Assembly (NCBI GenBank): GCA_045656665.1
Contig: JAZORP010000054.1
Coordinates: forward strand, 1-62,451
From: Acutalibacteraceae bacterium
Lineage (GTDB): Bacteria > Bacillota > Clostridia > Oscillospirales > Acutalibacteraceae
Direction of reading: 5' to 3'
DNA length: 62,451 nucleotides
Shown: in pieces, positions 1-9,325 of the stretch
How positions within the stretch are numbered: the first letter of the stretch is position 1
Layout: the number at the start of each line of letters is the position of its first letter
Notes under the pieces: generated by a model
The model's input: the letters and a program-made list of their open reading frames with translations, nothing else
Told to the model about the DNA's origin: nothing
The model's database searches: none
Program-made: the position numbers and the translations under genes

Positions 1-38
1 GTTTGCGATATAAATTTCGCAAACCGAGGTCTTCTCCT

Positions 39-389
39 TTATAAAAGTATATAAACCAGAGCAAAAAGAAGAAATTTATCGCTCTTTTCACTCATCAAAA
101 TCAAGAGCAACCCTATAATGAGGGTGGTATCGCTGTCTTTCTTTAATGCTTCCAAAAAGGGTAAATTAAAGCTATTTTGAAAGCTTGTGTTTTCTTGCCT
201 TTTTTGTTTGGATGGCTCAGGCTGCAAATGTGGCAGAGAGCCTTTTGCCGGCTCGGTTTTGCCGCTCTTGTTTTGAGGCGCTGCCGTTTTTTTCTGCCCG
301 CAGATGTTTGAATTTACTGCGCGGGCATTCATTTCGCGCATGCGGTCAACTGCCGCCTGACGGCGGAGCATAAATTCATTTTGATTCAT
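39..389 (-). CDS. hypothetical small protein (116 aa) with hydrophobic C-terminal tail
   Basis: ORF track; ATG at 387-389 preceded by GGGGGAGG on the minus strand; last of three co-oriented small genes; no family recognised. Confidence 0.5.
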   Translation of the reverse strand: MNQNEFMLRRQAAVDRMREMNARAVNSNICGQKKTAAPQNKSGKTEPAKGSLPHLQPEPSKQKRQENTSFQNSFNLPFLEALKKDSDTTLIIGLLLILMSEKSDKFLLFALVYILL

Positions 390-411
390 ACCGCCTCCCC
401 CTTAGTGCACT

Positions 412-756
412 TTAAAACTTTAGAAGTCCGCTATCCTTCATAAGCGGTAAAACCTCCAGCATTTTGAGTATCTTGATGGCGGTGTCTACCTTTTCCCTTT
501 TCGGCTCGCTTAAATTAGGTTTTAAAGCTTTGAGCAGCTGTGTTCGAGGATCGTTTCCCGAAGAATTAAGCTTTGAAATTATAGCCATAATACCTTGCAG
601 TTCGTCTGCCCCGAGCATACCACCTATATCCCCGAAATTCGGTATCTTCTCCTCTTTCTGCTCTTCACCGAGGATGCTTTCGGCCATTTTGCGCACCCGT
701 TCCATACTTTCCGGATCGTTGAGTATACCCGCCAGTTTTTGGCTTAAATCATCCAT
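412..756 (-). CDS. hypothetical protein (114 aa), acidic/Lys-rich
   Basis: ORF track; start overlaps the stop of the upstream small gene by 8 nt (coupling); no family recognised. Confidence 0.5.
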   Translation of the reverse strand: MDDLSQKLAGILNDPESMERVRKMAESILGEEQKEEKIPNFGDIGGMLGADELQGIMAIISKLNSSGNDPRTQLLKALKPNLSEPKREKVDTAIKILKMLEVLPLMKDSGLLKF

Positions 757-1000
757 TTTTATTTCCGCCTGAAATCATTTTTAAGATAGCTGCCGCCTGT
801 GGACTTTTTAATATATTTTGAAGAGCCTGTTTATCTTTAAGAATATCGTTAAGCTTTTGCCGGTCTTCATTTGAGAGCGATGAGAGTAAGGCCTTGCCGT
901 CGCCTTTTTTGGCGGCCTTGATGGCGTCTTCACTGAGATTTTCACCCGAAGCCCCCATCATAGAGTTAAGCTGTTTTTTCTTTTCTATATTATTATCCAT
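749..1000 (-). CDS. hypothetical protein (83 aa)
   Basis: ORF 749..1177 trimmed to the ATG at 998-1000, which has a GGAGGA SD about 8 nt upstream; MDNNIEKKKQ...; no family recognised. Confidence 0.5.
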   Translation of the reverse strand: MDNNIEKKKQLNSMMGASGENLSEDAIKAAKKGDGKALLSSLSNEDRQKLNDILKDKQALQNILKSPQAAAILKMISGGNKNG

Positions 1001-1070
1001 TGAATTTTCCTCCGCTATCTGTTTTAATATATAATATGAAAATAAACGATTGTGTAGAATAGGTGTATGT

Positions 1071-1544
1071 ATGAGAATTGTCGTAATTTCGGACTCACAT
1101 CGCAACACGCGGGCCATTGAAAAAATACTTGATAGCCAAAGGGAAGCTAAGCACATTTTCTTTTTAGGGGACAACACCTCCGATATAGAGGATTTCGAAT
1201 TTTTGTGCCCTGATAAGATTTTTCACACCGTCAGCGGAAACTGCGACTATATATCAAGCTATCCTTGTGTGGGAGTGGAAAACTTATGTGGTAAAAAAAT
1301 CCTATTCACCCACGGGCATACCTTTTCTGTAAAATACAGTCCAGAGCGATTATTGGAAACTGCAAAGGCAAACGGCTGTCATATTGTTCTCTACGGCCAC
1401 ACTCACATCTCACAAATATTATATGACGATGGCATCTATCTTGTGAATCCCGGCTCCTGCTCAAGACCGAGAAGCGGCAACGCTTCCTATGCAGTTATAG
1501 ACATCACCGAAAAAGGCATTATGCCAATTATCATAGAAGTATAA
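1071..1544 (+). CDS. YfcE/MJ0936-family metallophosphoesterase
   Basis: MRIVVISDSH, GDN, GHTH calcineurin-like phosphoesterase motifs; about 157 aa; start trimmed to the ATG after AGGTG. Confidence 0.85.
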   Translation: MRIVVISDSHRNTRAIEKILDSQREAKHIFFLGDNTSDIEDFEFLCPDKIFHTVSGNCDYISSYPCVGVENLCGKKILFTHGHTFSVKYSPERLLETAKANGCHIVLYGHTHISQILYDDGIYLVNPGSCSRPRSGNASYAVIDITEKGIMPIIIEV

Positions 1545-1549
1545 AATCA

Positions 1550-1582
1550 GCCTCTGTGCGCTTTTGCACAGAGGCCTTTTTC
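1550..1582. terminator. bidirectional rho-independent terminator between convergent genes
   Basis: GCCTCTGTGC / GCACAGAGGC 10-bp stem followed by a T-run; lies between the phosphoesterase (+) and eno (-). Confidence 0.6.
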
Positions 1583-1583
1583 T

Positions 1584-2912
<1,329 letters not shown>

Positions 2913-2958
2913 TTATAATCTATTATGTATATTTAATATAAAGGATGCGCTAAAAAGC

Positions 2959-3717
2959 ATGGAAAATATAGAAAACACCACTCACTCAAATATTATCTGC
3001 GGCAGAAACCCCGTTCTTGAAGCTGTGCGCTCAGGCAGGGAGATAGACCGCCTGCTTGTGGCTCACGGTGTGAGCGGAGGGTCTGTGACCGCAATTATTG
3101 CAAAATGCAAAGCAAAAGGAATACTTATAAAAGAGATCAGCCCCCAGAAGCTCGACTATTATTGCGGCGGCGCAAATCATCAGGGTGTAGCCGTGATGTT
3201 TGCCTCTCAGGAGTATTCCACACCCGAGGAGATACTTGAGCTTGCAAAGCAGCGGGGCGAACAGCCTTTTGTAATTATCTGTGACGAAATCGAAGACCCG
3301 CACAATCTCGGCGCTATAATAAGAACTGCCGAGGCCTGCGGCGTTCACGGTATAATCATTCCAAAAAGGAGAAGCGCCTCCCTCAATGCTACGGTGGCAA
3401 AATCGGCAAGCGGCGCCCTCGAATATATGAAGGTGGCTCGTGTAACCAACATTGCCGACACAATAGACAGCCTTAAAGAAAACGGTGTCTGGGTTTTCGG
3501 CGCGGATATGGATGGTGACGATTTTGCTCAAGTAGATTTCGATATGCCCTGCGCACTTGTCATAGGAAACGAGGGAAAAGGAATAGGGCGGCTGATCGCC
3601 AAAAAGTGTGACCGTATAGTCAGCCTACCGATGCTGGGTAAAATCAACTCGCTTAATGCTTCGGTTGCAGCGGGCGTGCTGATGTACGAAGTGGTTCGCA
3701 AAAGGAGAAGAAAATGA
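2959..3717 (+). CDS. rlmB: TrmH/SpoU-family 23S rRNA 2'-O-methyltransferase (RlmB-like)
   Basis: GRNPVLEA N-terminal substrate-binding domain; DPHNLGAIIRTA, GNEGKGI, SLNASVAAGV SpoU motifs; start trimmed to ATG 2959. Confidence 0.85.
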   Translation: MENIENTTHSNIICGRNPVLEAVRSGREIDRLLVAHGVSGGSVTAIIAKCKAKGILIKEISPQKLDYYCGGANHQGVAVMFASQEYSTPEEILELAKQRGEQPFVIICDEIEDPHNLGAIIRTAEACGVHGIIIPKRRSASLNATVAKSASGALEYMKVARVTNIADTIDSLKENGVWVFGADMDGDDFAQVDFDMPCALVIGNEGKGIGRLIAKKCDRIVSLPMLGKINSLNASVAAGVLMYEVVRKRRRK

Positions 3718-6308
3718 AGTTTTATTCAAACAAACAAGATAAAGAACTTTTGGAAGATATAAACTCTGATGCTGTTGTTTTTGATGCAGAGCGAAAAGAA
3801 AAGCCGCATGCTCCCCACGCCCTGACCGCCGACGAGGTTTTAGGAGTGAATTTCCCAAAAACCGAAATTACCGATTCAACCGGAGCCTTGGAGGCCCTTA
3901 AAAAACGTATCGCAATGGCGGCTAATAAGGAGTTTGAGGCCGCAGAGCCCATTTCTGAAACCAAAGAGAAAGCCGCACAGCAGATAGAGATTGATATACC
4001 CGAAACTAAGGCCTCTGCTATGCCATCAACGCCTGTTTCTGAGCCAGCACCTCAAAAATCCTCATTAATGGATAAATGCCAGCCCTATTTCCTTGACGAT
4101 GATGGCAAAAAAATAGGGCTTGACCGCGAGCCGCTTTATAAACTGCAGAGCGTGGCTGACATTATTAAATCCGACAGCGAGGAAACCATCAAAAGGCTCT
4201 CTCAAAAGTATGGCATTTCTTTTGACACTCCCGTAATTTCTACACCAACGCCTAAAACGGCAGAAAAAAATATGGCAACTCAGTTTCAAACAAAGCCTCA
4301 GCCCGAGATTGTGAAGGAAGATCCTCCCGCAAAGCCTCAGCCCGAAGCTACTCCCGCTCCGATTGTGATATCGGACATTGATATGCCCTCTGTTGCAACC
4401 GAGCCTATCAAAGCCGACAATAGCGACAATAACGCAACCGTCACATTTACGCCAATATCCGGCGGTGATGCCTCCGCTCCGCACATCTCGGTCACGACAA
4501 AAACTCAGCACATTGACCTGACCGGCGAGCTTATTAGCTTGGCAAATTCGACCGAAGAAACCGAGAAAAGTGAAGTTGAGCTTGAAAAGAATGATTTTGA
4601 CGATTTTGTTCCCGAGGAAGAATTTAACGATATCGCGCAGGCCAAAAAAATAATCCGCCGCCTTTCGATAAAAAAACGGAACACATTTTTGGCAACATTT
4701 TTCTCTTTCTTTTTAACATCACTTTTGGCAATAGCAAAGCTCCCGTTTATCATTGATCTATTGCTTTCACACACATTTGTAGGTATGATCATTTGCTCGT
4801 CTCTTTTGGGCATAATTATAATACTTAATATCCCGATGTTTAAATCCTTGCCCAAATTTTTTAGCCGCCGCTGTGAGCCCGACTCACTTTCTGCAACATC
4901 AGCGTTAACTACCGTTCTTTACGCGGTATTCGGCATAATAAGCGATGAGCTTTTTCTTGATATCCTGCTTTTAGAGGCAATAATACTCAGCTTCCGTAGC
5001 CTTTCCTCTTTTTGGAAAATTTCTTTCAATCTTTCTAATTTTAAGCTTATAAGCAGAAATGAGACGAAGCAAGCGGTAAAGCTTATAAGTGACCATGCGG
5101 TCACCTTTGCAATGGCCAAGGATGCAATCGAGGGAGATGTTCTTGTGGCATCTTCACAAAAAGCCGATCACCTGTCGGGATACTTTAAGTACACTACCTA
5201 TGGCTCCTTTTTAGGAGGCAGGCTACGAATTTTGGCTATTCTGTCTTTGTTGCTCTCGTGTGTGACGGGGCTTGCTTGCGCTTCTTACTTTGACGGCGCC
5301 GTCCACGGCTTATTTGCCGCCGCCGCAATAGAGTGTTTTGCTGCTTTGCCTACGCTTTTCTTCATTGACACCCTTCCGCTTTACAACTCGGCCAAAAAGC
5401 TCAACCGAACAGGCGCAATGATCGCAGGCAAAACAGGCGCAGAACATTTAGAGATGGCAAACGCCGTTGTTTTGGGTTCCTGTGATTTATTCCCAACAGG
5501 AACAGTTACCCTGCATCAAATGAAGATACTCGCAGAAAACAATCTGGATGACACACTTATAAGAGCCGCATCTTTAACAGAATATATCGGCAGCACCCTT
5601 GCCCCGATTTTCAAAGGAATTGCCAAGACAGGCAATATTTCGGTTCTCCCCGATGCCGACACGGTTAAATATGAGGACCGAATGGGAATTTCAGGCTGGG
5701 TTGATAACCGCCTTCTTTTCATAGGCAACCGTACCCTTATGGAAGCTCACGGAATTGATGTTCCTTCTGTAGAAGTGGACCGCAAAATTCTCCGTCAAGG
5801 CTACTTTCCGGTTTATGTTGCAACAAGAGACAAGGCCTGCGCGCTGCTTATAGTACAGTACAATGTAAATCCCAAAACTGCTCGCGAACTAAGAAAACTT
5901 ACTAAACTTGGAGTAACACTTCTTATCGACAACTCCGACCCAAACCTCACAGAGGAAATGATATGCGATTATTTAGGGCTTTACAGCGATTCAGTTAAGG
6001 TTATGTCGGCTGCGGGATGCCATATGCACAAAAGCACCGTAACACCGGTTAAAAGCGCTCTCTCCCCTGCTGTATATAAGGGTAGCAGATTGGCTTTAGC
6101 AACCATCCTTAACTGCGCTTCAAGGATAAAGCGTTCCAACACTTTGCTCTGTGTGATTTATGTCATTGCCGCCATATTAGGCGCTGTAATATTTGCCTAC
6201 GCTTCACTCGGAGGCTCAGGTTCCATGATAAGCGGCGCAACCCTCTTGATCTATGGGCTCATTTGCACCGTAGCTTCATACCTTATTTATTTGACACAAA
6301 GGCCTTAA
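3714..6308 (+). CDS. large membrane protein: disordered Pro/Glu/Thr-rich N-terminus plus degenerate heavy-metal P-type ATPase-like core
   Basis: 864-aa ORF with an ATGA overlap to rlmB; multiple TM stretches; GISGWVDNRLLFIGNRTLMEAHGIDV closely resembles the CopA/ZntA N-domain; DKTGT, CPC and GDGxND motifs are degenerate (see findings). Confidence 0.6.
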   Translation: MKFYSNKQDKELLEDINSDAVVFDAERKEKPHAPHALTADEVLGVNFPKTEITDSTGALEALKKRIAMAANKEFEAAEPISETKEKAAQQIEIDIPETKASAMPSTPVSEPAPQKSSLMDKCQPYFLDDDGKKIGLDREPLYKLQSVADIIKSDSEETIKRLSQKYGISFDTPVISTPTPKTAEKNMATQFQTKPQPEIVKEDPPAKPQPEATPAPIVISDIDMPSVATEPIKADNSDNNATVTFTPISGGDASAPHISVTTKTQHIDLTGELISLANSTEETEKSEVELEKNDFDDFVPEEEFNDIAQAKKIIRRLSIKKRNTFLATFFSFFLTSLLAIAKLPFIIDLLLSHTFVGMIICSSLLGIIIILNIPMFKSLPKFFSRRCEPDSLSATSALTTVLYAVFGIISDELFLDILLLEAIILSFRSLSSFWKISFNLSNFKLISRNETKQAVKLISDHAVTFAMAKDAIEGDVLVASSQKADHLSGYFKYTTYGSFLGGRLRILAILSLLLSCVTGLACASYFDGAVHGLFAAAAIECFAALPTLFFIDTLPLYNSAKKLNRTGAMIAGKTGAEHLEMANAVVLGSCDLFPTGTVTLHQMKILAENNLDDTLIRAASLTEYIGSTLAPIFKGIAKTGNISVLPDADTVKYEDRMGISGWVDNRLLFIGNRTLMEAHGIDVPSVEVDRKILRQGYFPVYVATRDKACALLIVQYNVNPKTARELRKLTKLGVTLLIDNSDPNLTEEMICDYLGLYSDSVKVMSAAGCHMHKSTVTPVKSALSPAVYKGSRLALATILNCASRIKRSNTLLCVIYVIAAILGAVIFAYASLGGSGSMISGATLLIYGLICTVASYLIYLTQRP

Positions 6309-6320
6309 GGAGGAATATAA

Positions 6321-8243
6321 ATGTCTGAAAAACAAAAATTTTACATCACAACCGCCATTGCTTACACTTCTCGCAAGCCCCATATAGGCAACGCCTACGA
6401 TATAGTGCTTGCAGATATGATAGCTCGTTATAAGAAAATGATGGGATTTGATGTCTTCCTTATGACCGGTTCTGACGAGCACGGCCAAAAAATCGAGGAA
6501 TATGCGAAGGCTGCAGGTATTTCTCCAAAAGAATATGTAGACAACATATCAGGTGAGATAAAAGCGGTTTGGGATAGCCTCAACACAAGCTATGACAAAT
6601 TTATTCGCACTACCGATGACGACCACGAGAAAACTGTTCAAAAGATATTCAACAAGCTTTATGAGCAGGGCGATATTTACAAGGGCCATTATGAGGGAAA
6701 GTATTGTGTGCCTTGCGAATCCTTTTTCACCGCCTCTCAGCTGGTGGATGGCAAATGCCCCGACTGCGGCCGAGAAGTTGTTGACTCTAAAGAGGAGGCA
6801 TACTTTTTAAGGCTTAGCAAATATCAGGACAGACTGCTTGAATACTACGAGCAAAATCCTGATTTCATAAAACCCGAATCGCGCAAAAATGAAATGATTA
6901 ATAACTTTTTAAAGCCCGGTCTTTCTGATCTTTGCGTTTCCCGTTCCTCTTTCAAATGGGGAGTTCCGATAACCTTTGACCCGCAGCATGTTATCTATGT
7001 CTGGATAGATGCCCTCTCTAATTATATCACCGGCATCGGTTTTGATCCTGACGGCAGCAGCGAGCGTTTTAATAAGCTCTGGCCCGCAGACCTGCATGTT
7101 ATAGGCAAGGATATAGTCAGGTTCCACACTATCTACTGGCCCATCATTCTTATGGCTTTGGACTTGCCCTTGCCAAAGCAGGTTTTAGGCCACCCGTGGG
7201 TACTTGTCGGGGAAGACAAAATGTCCAAATCAAAGGGCAATGTTATCTATGCCGATGATTTAGCAAAGCGTTTCGGCACAGATGCAGTGCGCTACTATCT
7301 CCTTTCTGAAATTCCTTTCACCCAGGACGGCACCATAACCTACGAAAGCTTCATCTCAAAATATAACGCCGACCTTGCAAACACCCTCGGCAACCTTGTT
7401 AACCGCTCAATAGCTATGACCAATAAATACTTTGGCGGAAAGGTAAAGGCCGGAGCCGTCACAGAGGAATGCGACAAGGAGCTCTTGGCAGCCGCTGATG
7501 AGGCTATTAAGAATTACTACAAGACAATGGATATATACCATAATGCCGATGCTTGCGAGGCAATTATGACTCTGGCAAAACGTTGCAACAAGTATATAGA
7601 CGAAACCACCCCTTGGGCGCTCGCTAAGGACGAAACAAACTCCGAGCGTCTCTCAGCAGTGCTTTACAATTTGCTTGAATGTATCCGTCTGCTTGGTATT
7701 ATGCTTTCTCCCATCATTCCCGATTGCTGTGAAAGCATAAAGGCTCAGCTTTGCAACCAAAGCAGCGAGCTTTCCTTCGGCGCTGTAAAGGAATATTCTG
7801 TTGGCGAGGCCACCCCCCTCTTTGCAAGACTTGACGCTCAAAAGGTGTTAGAGGAAATAGCCACTGAGCAAGAGGCTGCAAAAAAAGCGGCGGCCTTAGA
7901 AAATGTGGCCACCACCGAACAAATCGGCATTGAGGATTTTGCGAAGGTCGAGCTTAAAGCTGCAAAAATCATCGCTTGCGAGCCGGTGCCTAAAGCCAAA
8001 AAGCTATTAAAACTCACTTTGGATGACGGCAGCGGAGCAGACAGAACAGTGGCTTCCGGAATTGCCAAGTGGTACAAACCCGATGAGCTTGTGGGCCATA
8101 CCGTCGTGCTGGTATCCAACCTCAAGCCCGCAAAGCTTTGCGGTGTTGAATCATGTGGTATGATTCTGGCCGCCGACTCCGCAGAAGATGATGTTAAGGT
8201 TCTGTTTATAGATAATATCCCCGCAGGTAGCAAAATAAGATGA
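6321..8243 (+). CDS. metG: methionine--tRNA ligase with C-terminal tRNA-binding domain
   Basis: KPHIGNAY (HIGH), KMSKSKGN, Zn knuckle CVPCESF...CPDCG; 640 aa. Confidence 0.97.
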   Translation: MSEKQKFYITTAIAYTSRKPHIGNAYDIVLADMIARYKKMMGFDVFLMTGSDEHGQKIEEYAKAAGISPKEYVDNISGEIKAVWDSLNTSYDKFIRTTDDDHEKTVQKIFNKLYEQGDIYKGHYEGKYCVPCESFFTASQLVDGKCPDCGREVVDSKEEAYFLRLSKYQDRLLEYYEQNPDFIKPESRKNEMINNFLKPGLSDLCVSRSSFKWGVPITFDPQHVIYVWIDALSNYITGIGFDPDGSSERFNKLWPADLHVIGKDIVRFHTIYWPIILMALDLPLPKQVLGHPWVLVGEDKMSKSKGNVIYADDLAKRFGTDAVRYYLLSEIPFTQDGTITYESFISKYNADLANTLGNLVNRSIAMTNKYFGGKVKAGAVTEECDKELLAAADEAIKNYYKTMDIYHNADACEAIMTLAKRCNKYIDETTPWALAKDETNSERLSAVLYNLLECIRLLGIMLSPIIPDCCESIKAQLCNQSSELSFGAVKEYSVGEATPLFARLDAQKVLEEIATEQEAAKKAAALENVATTEQIGIEDFAKVELKAAKIIACEPVPKAKKLLKLTLDDGSGADRTVASGIAKWYKPDELVGHTVVLVSNLKPAKLCGVESCGMILAADSAEDDVKVLFIDNIPAGSKIR

Positions 8244-9028
8244 TAGATTTTCTTTGCCAAACGCCTTTAAAGGAGCCTTTGATATTTGACACCCATGCTC
8301 ACTATGATGACGCGAAATTCGACAGTTGCCGAGATTTCTTACTTGCAGAGCTTCCTAAATGCGGTGTCGGCGGAGTTATAACCTGCGGATGCGACGCATC
8401 GTCCTCTAAAAAGGCTTTAGAGTTATCAGATAAATACAGCTATATTTACGCGGCTGTGGGTATCCACCCTGAATTTGTGGAAAAAGATTCTGATTTCAAT
8501 CAAATAGAGAGCCTTGCAAAAAGCGAAAAATGTGTTGCCATAGGTGAAATCGGCCTCGATTATTACTGGACTCAGGATAACAAGCCGCAGCAAAAAGCTT
8601 TATTTGAAAAACAGCTAAAGCTTGCCGAAAAATTAAATCTACCTGTAATCGTACATGACCGCGACGCTCATGGTGACACACTCGAGATTTTAAAGACTTA
8701 TCGCCCCAAAGGTGTTCTGCACAGCTTTTCAGGCAGTGTGGAAATGGCCGAAGAAATATTAAAGTTAGGGATTTATATCGGAGTTGGCGGTGTGATAACA
8801 TTTAAAAATGCCCGCAAGCTGCCCGATGTGGTTAAAATGCTTCCGGAGGACAAAATCTTGCTCGAAACCGACGCGCCATATTTGACCCCCGCGCCATACC
8901 GCTCTAAAACAAACCATTCTGCAATGATTTATCTGACAGCGAAAAAAATAGCCGAAATCAGAGAAACAACTACCGAGCATATTTTGAATGTCACATTTAA
9001 TAATGCAAAAAAAGCATTTAACATTTAG
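8240..9028 (+). CDS. tatD: TatD-family metal-dependent DNase/hydrolase
   Basis: FDTHAHYDD, IGEIGLDY, VIVHDRDAH, ETDAPYL motifs; ATGA overlap with metG (classic metG-yabD synteny). Confidence 0.9.
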   Translation: MIDFLCQTPLKEPLIFDTHAHYDDAKFDSCRDFLLAELPKCGVGGVITCGCDASSSKKALELSDKYSYIYAAVGIHPEFVEKDSDFNQIESLAKSEKCVAIGEIGLDYYWTQDNKPQQKALFEKQLKLAEKLNLPVIVHDRDAHGDTLEILKTYRPKGVLHSFSGSVEMAEEILKLGIYIGVGGVITFKNARKLPDVVKMLPEDKILLETDAPYLTPAPYRSKTNHSAMIYLTAKKIAEIRETTTEHILNVTFNNAKKAFNI

Positions 9029-9032
9029 TATA

Positions 9033-9080
9033 ATCACCCCGCTTTCACAAATAATATAAGTGAAAGCGGGGTGATTTTTA
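9033..9080 (+). terminator. rho-independent terminator after tatD
   Basis: ATCACCCCGCTTTCAC / GTGAAAGCGGGGTGAT 16-bp stem, 11-nt loop, then TTTTTA. Confidence 0.7.
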
Positions 9081-9194
9081 ATGGAGAACAATAAAAATCA
9101 AAACAAAAAAGACCAGAACAACAAGCAGAATGATCAGAACAGAAAAAATGATCAGAATAAAAATGATCAAAACAAAAATGATTTCGACAGATAA
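9081..9194 (+). CDS. possible 37-aa N/Q/K/D-rich micro-protein
   Basis: Hand translation gives MENNKNQNKKDQNNKQNDQNRKNDQNKNDQNKNDFDR; not in the ORF track (<60 aa); sits exactly between two terminators; no clear SD. Confidence 0.3.
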   Translation: MENNKNQNKKDQNNKQNDQNRKNDQNKNDQNKNDFDR

Positions 9195-9209
9195 ATCAGC
9201 AGAAGAAGT

Positions 9210-9243
9210 AAGCTCCGTCTCTTTTTGAGGCGGAGCTTTTTAT
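9210..9243 (+). terminator. rho-independent terminator
   Basis: AAGCTCCG...CGGAGCTT stem followed by TTTTTAT. Confidence 0.6.
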
Positions 9244-9325
9244 TTAGAAAAACATTGATTAAGTGATATATAAATTATATAATATAGTAAAGACCAAGAC
9301 ATTTTCTACATTTAGGAGTGGTAGG

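Noticed and set aside
6309-6320. T-box or other leader upstream of metG and trpS
   Set aside because: The spacers are only 12 nt before metG and about 60 nt before trpS (54884-54947), too short for a T-box leader.
9081-9194. Tandem AATGATCA-containing repeats as a possible CRISPR or minisatellite
   Set aside because: The units are only 15-18 nt, contiguous, without spacers or cas genes. They read as a codon-periodic low-complexity ORF.
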